DNA from: Eledone cirrhosa
Taxonomy: Eukaryota
DNA length: 64,000 nt
Direction of reading: 5' to 3'
Assembly: GCA_964016885.1 (NCBI GenBank)
Contig: OZ024740.1
Location: 194,742,001 to 194,806,000, forward strand
Shown: positions 40,756 to 53,381 of the stretch, piece by piece
Position numbering within the stretch: the first letter of the stretch is position 1
How the letters are laid out: every line of letters begins with the position of its first letter
Notes under the pieces: model-generated
The model's input: only the letters and a program-made list of their open reading frames with translations
Told to the model about the DNA's origin: nothing
Databases searched by the model: none
Made by a program: the position numbers and the translations under genes

Positions 40756-43700
40756 ATGCCAAAGATAAAGACAAATTCACCCCTTGGACGAGAATGCGAG
40801 CACTCCTCATTGTTTCGACCGCGGACGGCTAACATAACCCCATCGCCCCCCGCCCCTCACCGCCCCCAACCCCCAAACGCAATCCAAAACTTCAGAGTTG
40901 GTACCATAAATGTAGGCACCCTAAAGGGTCGCGCTAACGAGGTTGTAGAAATGCTTGAACGTAAGGAGGTCGATGTTTGTTGTATTCAAGAGACCAGGTG
41001 GAGGGGTGGGTCTGCTAGGTTCATTGAGGGTAAAAAACGTTGTTATAAGCTTTTCTGGGTGGGAAACGACGATGGGCTGGGTGGAGTAGGAATCATGGTA
41101 GCAGAAAAGTGGGCAGATAAGATAATAGACGTAAATAGAGTGAACGACAGAATAATTAAAATACGACTTGTCCTCAATAGAACTACGGTGACAGTAATAT
41201 CTGCGTACGCACCCCAATCCGGACTGCCCGGCACTATAAAAGACAGATTCTATGAGACACTGATGCTAACTACCTCCCAAATATCCGACAGTGACTATAT
41301 AATTATCGCAGGCGACCTAAATGGTCACGTTGGACAACATTGTGACGGCTACGACGAAATCCATGGAGGCTATGGGTTTGGTACTAGAAATGAGGAAGGC
41401 TCCAGAATCCTGGAATTCTGTGATGCAAATAACCTAACTATCTGTAACACTAACTTCAAAAAACGTGACAATCACCTGATCACCTATAGATCCGGGGAAC
41501 ACACAAGCCAGGTAGATTATATCCTTACCAGAAGACGTGACAGAGTGTCTGTTGTTAACACTAAATCCCTCCCCCATGAAGAATGCACCTCCCAACATAG
41601 ACTGATAATTAGCGACCTCATAGTCAGGACGAGACGTACTCGACAACAGAAGAGGACTATCCTCAGGAGGAAAATATGGAAGCTAAAGGACCCCACAGCC
41701 AGGAATAAATTTCAAAGCATATTACTTGATGCTTTCGACAGTAAGGAAGAACATTTAGAGTCGGACAATATAGAGGGAGAGTGGGAATTTCTGAAAGCAA
41801 ACCTGCTGTTGGCGACAGACGAGGTCTGTGGCTGGAGCAGGCCTGTAGGCAGGAGGAGAGTAACATGGTGGTGGAACAGTAAGGTGGAGGGGTCAATCAA
41901 GGCCAAAAAGCAGGCTTGGAAAGTATGGCGGGATGGGGGAAGTAGAGAGGACTATCAAGTGGCCAGGAGGGAAGCTAGGAGACAAGTGTACTTAGCAAGA
42001 AGGGAAGCTGAGGAAAGAAAGTTCAAGCATGTTCTACAACGCGATGACCAAAAACGTGAGGTGTTCAGGATTGCTAGGCAATGCGTCAAGGAAAACCGTG
42101 ATATTGTCGGGGAGAAGTGTGTACTAAACGACGATGGCACACTTGCCATCACCGACGCTGATAAGAAGGTAGCTTGGAAGTGTCACTATGAAAGGCTTCT
42201 AAATGAGGAGAATAATTGGGAGAAAGGCAGTCTCCCCCATATCGACCCAATAGAGGGACCAGCAGTGTTAGTCGAGGGGAGTATAATAAGTAAGGCAATC
42301 AAGGATATGAAGACTGGTAAGGCGGCTGGGCCTTCGGAAATAGTTGCTGAGATGCTGAAGGCATCTGGCACGGTGGGACACACCATGGTCACCCGCATAG
42401 TTAACCAAGTCGTACAGAATGGGGTTGTTCCGAAGGACTGGCATAGCAGCATCATCGTTAACTGTTATAAGGGTAAAGGAGACGCCCTAGATAGGAGTAA
42501 CTATAGAGGCATTAAATTAATCGACCAGGTCATGAAGGTCACGGAAAGAGTAATAGCGCAACTAATCAGAGAGAGAATTGACCTAGATGAAATGCAGTTC
42601 GGGTTTGTGTCAGGCAAAAGTACCACAGACGCTCTTTTCATAGTACGACAACTACAGGAGAAGTACCTAGCTAAAGGTAAACCCCTCTACTTAGCTTTTG
42701 TCGACTTGGAGAAAGCCTTCGACAGAGTCCCCCGCTCCATTATCTGGTGGGCCCTTAGAAAACTAGGCGTTGACGAATGGCTTGTGAGGGCTATACAAGC
42801 CATGTATAAAGAAACAGTCAGCAAGGTTAGAATTAACAACGAATATAGTGAAGAGTTTAGCGTAAAAGTTGGCGTCCATCAGGGCTCTGTTCTCAGTCCA
42901 CTACTATTTATTATTGCCCTTCAGGCTATAACAGAGGAGTTCAAGACAGGCTGCCCATGGGAACTCCTATACGCAGACGACCTGACACTCATAGCGGAAT
43001 CAATGGCCGAGCTAGAGAAGAAATTCCAAACATGGAAGCACGGCCTAGAGTCAAAAGGACTTAAAATAACCTGGCTAAGACCAAAGTACTAGTTTGTAGG
43101 AAAGAAAACAAGGCGGCGGTCCCTTCTGGGAAATGGTCGTGCTCGGTGTGTAGGAAAGGCGTAGGTAGAAACTCCATTTTATGTCCTAAATGCAAAGTAT
43201 GGGTGCATAAAAGATGTAGTGGGATCACAGGTAAGCTAACTAAGAACATAGATTTTACATGTGGCCGGTGCTCTGGTGCAATAAGTAGCAGCAAGTGCCC
43301 ACAAACTACTAGCTCTTTCAATTGCGCAGAGGGTTCTATAGAAATAGTGGACAGCTTCCGTTACCTGGGCGATAAAATCAGCAGTGGGGGAGGGTGCTCT
43401 GAAAGTACTGTAGCTAGAGTCAGAACTGGTTGGAAAAAGTTCAGAGAGCTTATACCACTATTAGCTGCTAAAGGGTTCTCACTAAAAATGAAAGGCAGGT
43501 TGTACGATGCCTGCATACGAACAGCAATGCTGCATGGCAGTGAGACCTGGGCATTGTGTGCAGAGGATATACGCAGACTAGAGAGGAACGAAGCTTGCAT
43601 GCTCCGCTGGATGTGTAACAGTAATATACGTGAACGGCAAAGCATAAACAAACTAAGGAAAAAATTAGAGATAAGAGGGATCAGATGTTGTTTACTCGAG

Positions 43701-43925
43701 AGAAGGCTACGTTGGTATGGACACGTGATGCGCATGAAAGTCGATAGCTGTATAACAAAGTGCAGGGCAATAAAGATAGACGGTAGTCACGGAATAGGCA
43801 GACCTAGAAAAACCTGGGACGAGCTGATAAACTCCGACATCACACACTTACACCTCTCCAAGACAATGTCACTGGACCGAGACCTTTGGCGGTACTCAGT
43901 AACAGAGAAGACCCGCCTTACCTAA
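40756..43925 (+). CDS. RTE ORF: APE endonuclease + RT with embedded PHD finger; one 1-bp frameshift at ~43068
   Basis: GTINVGTL, IQETRW, AYAPQ, GDLNGHVG, DYIL, SQHR, DLEKAFDRV, HQGSVLSP, YADD, YLG, GSETW, RRLRWYGHV, GRPRKTW. Adding one A at ATAAC restores NLAKTKVLV. Start ATG 40756 is inferred. Confidence 0.92.
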
Positions 43926-44320
43926 ATATATAGTAAAACCTACTCCAGCCAGTAGGCATCTCTAACAAAATACACCCCGTCCCACCACCCCCACCCCCAC
44001 CCGATCCACACCACCCCGTTCTATGTAAAGTTATGTTGGTGCCGCGCCATCGAGGCCGAAACAAATGAGATCGTGTAGGTGTCACGACAAAAAAACACAC
44101 AGTCCACGCTGTAATGTGGCCGTGTAGGCAACACGGTAAAAACCTCCCAGACCCACACTGTAAATGTGGTTGGTGTTAGGAAGGGCATCCAACTGTAGAA
44201 AACCTGCCAGACAGTCCTATGCGAGCAAGACAATCACTCTTGCCTCAAGTGGGACTACCCCCGTCCAAACCCATGCAAGCGTGGAACACGGACGTTAAAC
44301 GTTGATGATGATGATGATGA

Positions 44321-44324
<4 letters not shown>
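43926..44324 (+). other. RTE 3'UTR with (GAT)n tail
   Basis: Closely related inverted copy at 55280-55660; motif shared with many SINE tails in the window. Confidence 0.85.
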
Positions 44325-44360
<36 letters not shown>

Positions 44361-45712
44361 GTATATGTGTGTATATGAATATTGAGAGAGATATGTAAAA
44401 TCCTGACCATGACACTTAGTGATTTTGGCTTGTGTGTTCAGCAAGCCCTTTTCAAGGGTGTAGTAATATTTTGGTTCAATTTATCATAGTAGTAAACTGG
44501 TCTGATGAAGTAAGTGTGTGTGGGGGGGGGGACAGAAAAGGGTAAGTGTATATGGACAGGCTAAGAGTTACACACATATATATCATCTTCATCATCATCA
44601 TCATCATTATCATTTAACATTCATTTTCCACACTAACATGGGTTAGACTATATATATGTATATACAGTGTGGAACTGGGTAGTGACACTTATGAGACATG
44701 TCTGGCCAGTTGGCCACACCATACATTTTTCATATGTGACTATATCTTGGCTTGGTTTTTACGGCTGCTAGGTGTCCTTCCTAGCAGCAACCATGTTTAC
44801 AGTGTGGAACTGCATGTTCCCATTATTGAAAGGGGCTTGGCAGTTAACCATGCTAGACCTTACTCATACAGGATGGTATTTTGGCTGGGGTTTTACAACT
44901 GCCAGATGCCCTTCCTAACACCAACCACATTTACAGTGTGGTGCAAGGAAAGAAAAGTAGCAGTAAGAGGAAGGGAAGATAGAAATTCTAAGACACTTGC
45001 ACTCCAAACTTAATATTCAAGATAACTTTGTTTATATATTTTATCACAGCTATTGTAGCTTTCTATTTCAGTCAGATACCATGCTTGAGGTCTGTTGGCT
45101 ATTTCATCCCTCTTCCTTTCTTTTCCCTTCTTTCATACTTTTTCTCTCTCACCTGCTCTTCTCTTCCTCTTGATGCTTTTTTCTTTCCTTCTCCCTTCTC
45201 CTACCTGTTGCTCCTACTTGTCACTTCTGCTTACTACCACCTCCACACACAAAGCCATTATTGTTGGGACATAACAAAACAAGTAGAGACACGGTATGCC
45301 TTTAGTCAAAATTACACAAATATAGAGTGTGCAATGGAGAAAAATATAGAAAGATTAGAAATAGTAAAAGAGAAGAGAATAAGGACTGTAGTCCAATATG
45401 CAGACAAAAGGACACTGAGGTGAAGAAAAAGTAAGAAGGGAGAATTGGGGAAATATAAATATATGTATATAATATATGTGTGTATGTAACTTGGAGAAGA
45501 TGGTCACACACATATGTATACATAGACATACATATAACATATATCATCATCATTATCTTTATTAGTTTCATAGTAGTGCCCTAGCATGTCCATAGCCAAA
45601 TGGCTGAGATGGATGTGTAAAAGAATAAAACCATTTGTGTATGTGATGGAGAGAAAGGGGGAGAGAGAGAAAGAGAGGGGGTCAGAGAGAGAGAGAAGGA
45701 GAGAGAGAGAAT

Positions 45713-45743
<31 letters not shown>

Positions 45744-46714
45744 GACTATGATTTTGCCTTGTTCTTTCATTTCTTCACTTCTTTTCTACATTTAGCTAAC
45801 ATCTAAAACTTAAGGGACAAGTTTATCTGTCAAATTCTCTGCTCTTTTCTCTCAAACATTTGACCTGTCTGTTAAGTTCATAAGAAACTAATTAAATCTG
45901 AAGTAAATACATAACTTGTATGCTAAGTTTTCAGATGTTTTAATATCAATTCTAAAGAGATGTAACCTTGTTAAATGTAAAATGTGTACTATCACCACAA
46001 ATAACTCAAAACAAATATTTCTCTGCAATAATACTCTTTGGGCTAAGAACAAAAGCTTTTAGCTCAAATGTCCACCTATGGGATCAACTCATTTCACATT
46101 TTTTAGGTGGTAAGTTTTCAGTGAGATGGCTTTATTATTTATTTCTAATGATATACAAGATCATAGGCCTCATTCGCTTATCGAGTGGGGTGAAACTTGT
46201 CAATTTGGACCAAAAAAACAATATTTCCATTGGTCTTTTCATTGATAATACTATCTACTGCTCACAACTTCTGTGAGAAAGAATAATGTGAAATAAAGTG
46301 TCTTACTTAAAGACATAATGCATTGCCCAGTCTAGGAATAAAACTCACAATCTCACAATTGCAAATACAATTCTTTAACTACTAAGTCACATACCTTCAT
46401 CAAATCTACTCTTAACAGATGATACTACTCTTTATTCCTTTTTAAATGTTTTGCATGTATACATTCTCCACAGATTACCAATATATCTCATACTAGAATT
46501 GTAATGTTTCAATGAACAAAGACTTTATAGCCTCCTCAGTAAGAACATGAAAATATAATTTTATTTAAGAGACTTTCACTTCCCTGTCATATCTAATATT
46601 ATATTGACCTTTCAGTCCTATTAGACCTCCTCAGTAAAGCATAGGCTTCAATACACTTGCCAAAGTAATGTTGAGAGAATAACTAAGTAAAATGTTAAAA
46701 ACTGTAAAATAATT

Positions 46715-46900
46715 GTTTCTACTTTTGGCACAAGGCCTGCAATTACCCAGTGCATTACTGGTATTTTATTTTATCGAACCCGTAAGGATGAAAGGCAAAG
46801 TTAACCTCGGTGGGATTTGAACTCAGAATAGCAAGGGCCGTAACTTTATGCATCAAAGCATGGTGTCAGACCCTCTACCAATATTGCCAATCCACCAGGC
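46715..46900 (-). mobile_element. tRNA-SINE copy
   Basis: Reverse complement of the SINE core (GGATGAAAGGCAAAG..GGGATTTGAACTCAG). Confidence 0.75.
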
Positions 46901-49165
46901 ATAAACAATTACCATATTTAATATAATCAAGATGAAAAAGCCATCCACATGAACACACTACACTTATCTCTGTCCATCTCACATCATCCCCACTGTATCA
47001 TTAATCAAAGCCAGCCTATGAAATGTCATCAAAATCTTTATCACCAGACCTGACACTTTCTGAAACTCATATCTGTTGTTTAGCCTTCAGGTCAGCCCTA
47101 ATCCAATATTACAATGATAAAAAACATTCCAGTCATAACCAAAACATTTTTTTGCAGACATAGTATATTTAGAACCACATTTTTTCCAATATTTGTTTTT
47201 TTCTTCTTTAAATATAACTTTTCTGCTGCCACAATGTCCACAATAATTTCACATAACAAATTCATCAGATACTTTCATTACAAGTTGATAATTTCTTTTT
47301 GATTAATTACTTGGCTTGTGCAATCACTGGGGACTGGGTGTGCTACCATTTACCAGCTTCTCAAATATGGTGACTTGTATACAATATTTCCCTTGAAAAG
47401 AACCTAACATTGGAGTCAAATATGTATGTATGTATGTATGTCAGATCGCTCTTTATTGCTACTGGTAACATGTAACCCAATACAACATGTCTCATGGTCG
47501 GGTCGTTGGTGACTAAACCGGCAACCCCACTTGCTTGATGAGAAGGGTGATATTTGGACAACCTGCAAGATGAAATACAAGACTCAGCAAACAGAGTCAA
47601 TGGCCATCCAAATAGTACTTTTTTTTTTTTACCTGGGAGTGAAAGGCCCCAGTTGTCACAACACCTTTCTAGGAGAGGGAAATGGTTTGTATGTATATAA
47701 GTATGTATGTATGTATGTATAAATGTATGTATATGTATGTATGCATGTATGTAGGTATGTATGTAGGCATGTGTGTGTGTATATGTGTGTATGTGTTTAT
47801 GTATGCAGGTGTAAACTGGGACATTCCTAAATGAATATAACTCATAGGTGAACCTAGTTATTAAATAAATAGGGATCGATAAAATGATTTACAGACAAAG
47901 TCGATACAACTGACTGAAATACTTGTAAATCGTGCTCCTGCATGGCCACGATCTAATGACTGAGACTTTGAACTCTTTAGCATTTACATTACTCTATTTA
48001 TATTATTATATTTACTATTATGTTTTTGTCGTAAAGGCTTTACCTGTCATAAATATCTCACATAACATCAAATCTAAGAGAGTTTTATATTATTTATTTT
48101 GCGAACAATACCTTAACATCAGTATTAATGGCCAGTTACAGCCGGTTTGAACAGAAAGAGGTGACTGATTTAGGGACGGATACAGCCAGTTTAAATTCTA
48201 AAGGATTAAAAAAATAAAACTTGTTCAATAGTTAGCAGCATTATTCAATCTACACAAGAATCATACTTTCTTCATGGATAATACATCAAACATTAAATAT
48301 TGACAAAACAGACTATTCTATGTCTAAGATAGAATTTGCAACTAGAATTAATCTTAATCTTATGAACAAATTATTAATTAACAACTAAGATGTTTACAAA
48401 TGATATTCGGTGTTGTGAGCATTAATCTGAGATTAGTGTAGCTGTAAATAAAGATCACCAATGAGATATCAGCTTCATATCATATGTATACTGGGTGACA
48501 AAAATCTCTAGTTTCACAACTGTGCATGCTCAGCTGCTTTATATATATTAGTAAACTATTCTATATTCCAAAAGCATTTCATGTGCAACACACACAGGCA
48601 CACACACTCACACACACACACAAACACATACATATATACATACATGGTCCTGTAACTCCTGAGGGAATCAGAGGGGTATCGTATTGACATATGGGGCATA
48701 ACTTTACCATAACTATGATTAGCATTCTATGTAGGACAGATACCACAGCCTGAGCTTCACTATCCCATTATTTTATTTTCTTTGTTTTCTTTCATCCTTC
48801 TATATATACTGTTTATTTTATCACACACATATCACACTAACAGAAGGATTTATTTTTCTGTTGCACGATCCAGCATTTTAAAATCATACTCTCATTAAAT
48901 GATGCAAAACTATTTTGCTGGTTTGGGAGCTGATGAGGGTGAAGATGTGTGTGTGTAAACTTTATTTATGTGTGTGTATTTCTTTATTTCCTTCTTCCAT
49001 TCACTTCTATCCATCAACACACTTCTGGTCCACCTGCTCTTTTAATTTTTTCTATATTTAATCTGCCTGTCACCTACCTTGTGGATTGTCTGTACAGGAA
49101 AAAAGAGTGCTCTATGTAGGTTACAGAGCTTATTAGTTATGTAATAAACAACATAAGATAATTAT

Positions 49166-49226
49166 TTCATTTACCAGTGGTTTTTTGAAAACAGATGTAG
49201 TGCCTGTCTTCAGTCGTCAGAATGAA
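49166..49226 (-). ncRNA. Hammerhead ribozyme copy, likely inactive (GAAA->AAAA)
   Basis: Inverse of 50863-50923 with a substitution at core G12. Confidence 0.65.
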
Positions 49227-49622
49227 TAAAAAACCATGGTGTATTTATTAAATATGGATTTGAAAAAAAAATTTAGGAAATATGAAAGTGAGGCTGAAAA
49301 AAACGGGCGAAAAGGAAAAGGGGAAAAAAATAAAAAATATAAATATCCAGAACGTAAACATACACACACTCAACTACACACATATACTAAAAAGTACGTA
49401 GACGGATACTTTCTCACATAAGCGTATTTGCGTCTACATAGAAAAACAGACAGGTACATAAATACATACATATACACAAATATATATGCACTCAAAAATG
49501 TACAAACAAATATGGACAGTAGTTAGGAAACAGGAATAACTTGATCTTTACTTTCTTATATATATATATATACAAATAAAATACAGAGTTACTAACTAAT
49601 ATTGATACCCTGCAATTAACAA

Positions 49623-49790
49623 GAGGGTCGGACGCCATGCTTTCCAGCATAGTTACGTTCCTTTACGATCTGAGTTCAAATCCCGCCGAGGTTGACTTTG
49701 CCTTTCATCCTTACGGGGTCGATAAAATAAAGTACCAGTAATGCACTGGGTAATTGCTGGCCTTGTGCCTAAAGTAGAAACAATTATATA
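49623..49790 (+). mobile_element. tRNA-SINE inside the left arm of the inverted repeat
   Basis: GAGTTCAAATCCCGCCGAGGTTGACTTTGCCTTTCATCC core; absent from the right arm. Confidence 0.8.
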
Positions 49791-49929
49791 ATAATATATG
49801 TAGAAATAAACACAGTAAATTGTGTGTCTAAAATTACGAGGGTTGAAATACCACATTGGTTTCATAAATTTAACCTGAAGCAAACGGAAGATATAGAATA
49901 TATATACAGACCGTCTCAATAACTATTTC

Positions 49930-50018
49930 ATCTCTCAGACAGATTAGAGATTTAATCTGTTTCGCCCTGAAAATTGTGTTTGTAACAGATAATCCGTAGA
50001 CTTTCCTCAGCGAGAGAT
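49930..50018 (-). ncRNA. Type I hammerhead ribozyme
   Basis: ATCTCTCG-CTGAGGA-[stem II]-GAAAC-AGATTA..TAATCT-GTC^TGAGAGAT. Confidence 0.75.
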
Positions 50019-50263
50019 CAAATGGAACAAACATTTGCTCAGTATTTATACTTTGAGCTTATTAATTGCAGGGTATCAATATGAGTTAGTAACTCTGTAT
50101 GTTATTTGTATTTCGGCTCCCTAACTAGGTGAGCTTATAAGTTGGGTGTATTAAGGCTATTATTTTTAGCATATCCACTCACACCACTTCTAACGTCCAG
50201 CACACAAGGTGAGATATTCATTCGTGTGGCTTTTAGTTGTATGTGTTTGTTCCATTTGATCTT

Positions 50264-50352
50264 ATCTCTCACTGAGGAAAGCCTACGGATTATCTGTTAC
50301 AAACACAATTTTCAGGGCGAAACAGATTAAATCTCTAATCTGTCCGAGAGAT
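50264..50352 (+). ncRNA. Type I hammerhead ribozyme
   Basis: ATCTCTCA-CTGAGGA-AAGCCT..AGGGC-GAAAC-AGATTA..TAATCT-GTC^CGAGAGAT; one mismatch at the first stem I pair. Confidence 0.72.
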
Positions 50353-50479
50353 GAAATAGTTATTGAGACGGTCTGTATATATATTCTATATCTTCCATTT
50401 GCCTCAGGTTAAATTTATCAAACCGATGTGGTATTTCAACCCTCGTAATTTTAGACGCACAATTTACTCTGTTTATTTC

Positions 50480-50537
<58 letters not shown>

Positions 50538-50862
50538 ATTTTTTTGTTCTTATTTATTTATTTAGTTATTCCTGTTTCCTAACTACTGTCCATATTTGTA
50601 TATGTATGTGTATGTATTTGTGTTCCTCTACGTTTTTCTATGTAGCCGCAAATGCGCTTATGTGAGAAAGTATCTGTCTACGTACTTTTTAGTATATGCG
50701 TGTAGTTGAGTGTGTGTATGTTTACGTTCTGGATATTTATATCTTTATATATATATATATATTTTTTCCCTTTTTCTTTTCGCCTGTTTTTTTCAGCCTC
50801 ACTTTCATATTTCCTAAATTTTCTTTCAAATCCATATTTAATAAATACACCATGCTTTTTTA

Positions 50863-50923
50863 TTCATTCTGACGACTGAAGACAGACACTACATCTGTTT
50901 TCAAGAAACCACTGGTAAATGAA
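50863..50923 (+). ncRNA. Type I hammerhead ribozyme
   Basis: TTCATT-CTGACGA-C-TGAAGACAGA cactaca TCTGTTTTCA-A-GAAAC-CACTG-GTA^AATGAA; all three stems pair. Confidence 0.82.
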
Positions 50924-51114
50924 ATAATTATCTTATGTTGTTTATTACAAAACTATATATATATATATATATATATATAGTTTTGTAATAAACAACATAA
51001 GATAAATAATTATCTTAATTGCCAGCATAACTCTGATTTTGCGTTTCGTTTCGCTTTTTCTACCCGCCGAAATGCGATTCTCACTGAATTTATATTTATA
51101 TATATATATGTAAA

Positions 51115-52138
<1,024 letters not shown>

Positions 52139-52426
52139 CGAAGGAAATGTGGTAAGGAACCAGGTGGACCATAACGCACCAAAGTACTCAATACTTAGGG
52201 TAGTAGAGTGGGTAATAGGAACAAGTAAGACCCCGACGGCTGAGCTCAAGCCGTTTCGACGGCTAATTCTGGACAGAATTAGCCGTCGAAACGGCTTGAG
52301 CAAATATATATGTTATGTCTTAGTACCTTTGTGGTTCTATGCAGGGGGATGCTGAACAATTATATGAAAGACGTAAAATAAGAAAATTTTAAAAAATTAA
52401 AAATTAACTTACTTACTAAAATTTTC

Positions 52427-52508
52427 ACTCCAACTAATTAGTTTCTGTAAGGGGATAAATATAGTTACATAATATAACTATAGAGAATTCCTTACGTCAT
52501 CAGGGAGT
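52427..52508 (-). ncRNA. Type I hammerhead ribozyme with palindromic stem III
   Basis: ACTCC-CTGATGA-C-GTAAGG..CCTTAC-A-GAAAC-TAATTA-GTT^GGAGT. Confidence 0.78.
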
Positions 52509-53089
52509 CTATTCTCAGCTAAGTTCCCAGGCGATGCGCGGACACTAGGAACCCATATAAAAATAATGACGTAAGGAATTCTCTATAGTTATATTATGTA
52601 ACAATATTTATCCCCTTACAGAAACTAATTAGTTGGAGTGAAAATTTTAGTAAGTTGATTTTTTATTTTTTTTAATTTTCTTATTTTACGTCTTTCATAT
52701 AATTGTTCTGCATCCCCCTGCATAGAACCACAAAGGTACTAAAACATAACATATATATTTGCTAGTATGGGTGTACATCTGTACACATATGTTGGTAGAT
52801 GTACTAATTCTCTATATTTAACTCCAAATTATTTGTTGAGCAAAACTTGCCAAAATTTACTGCTGATTCATGGTAGTAGTAGGCTCTTGTCATAATACCA
52901 CCCCGCTCCTAACTGATTAACCTCAGTGTCACGTGATTGATTCTTTAGAATCTGCCACTGACCAGAGGCAGTGAATTTTTTCAGTGCTCTGGAATTTAGT
53001 CCTCACTAGCTTTATCCCATCCACTGAATTATTATTTTTATATGGGTTACTAGTGTCCGCGCATCGCCTGGGAACTTAGCTGAGAATAG

Positions 53090-53171
53090 ATTCCCTGATG
53101 ACGTAAGGAATTCTCTATAGTTATATTATGTAACTATATTTATCCCCTTACAGAAACTAATTAGTTGGAGT
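53090..53171 (+). ncRNA. Type I hammerhead ribozyme with palindromic stem III
   Basis: ATTCC-CTGATGA-C-GTAAGG..CCTTAC-A-GAAAC-TAATTA-GTT^GGAGT. Confidence 0.75.
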
Positions 53172-53344
53172 GAAAATTTTAGTAAGTAAGTTGATTTTTA
53201 ATTTTTTTTAATTTTCTTATTTTACGTCTTTCATATAATTGTTCTGCATCCCCCTGCATAGAACCACAAAGGTACTAAGACATAACATATATATTTGCTA
53301 GCATGGGTGTACATCTGTACACATATGTTGGTAGATGTACTAAT

Positions 53345-53381
<37 letters not shown>

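Larger units (their letters stand above)
30251..44324 (+). mobile_element. RTE-clade LINE with expanded 5' monomer array, inserted in (TA)n
   Basis: Array runs without a spacer into the unique 5' leader and ORF; 3'UTR ends in (GAT)n; (TA)n on both outer sides. Confidence 0.75.
49135..50955. repeat. Large interrupted inverted repeat of a non-coding two-hammerhead element
   Basis: 49135-49540 pairs with 50565-50955; 49790-50036 with ~50244-50490; 49570-49620 with 50063-50111. Confidence 0.9.
52137..53352. mobile_element. Composite non-coding pLTR/retrozyme-like insertion with inverted and partial-tandem units
   Basis: 52300-52565 is the inverse of ~53030-53300; 52566-52815 is a direct repeat of 53098-53350 (period 532); (TA)n on both sides. 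Confidence 0.8.

Noticed and set aside
40786-40840. HDV-like ribozyme in the RTE 5' region (GGACGAG...TCCTC...TTCGACC...GGCTAA)
   Set aside because: P1 has a mismatch, the P1.1 GG is not in place and P2 cannot form convincingly; it also lies in the coding frame.
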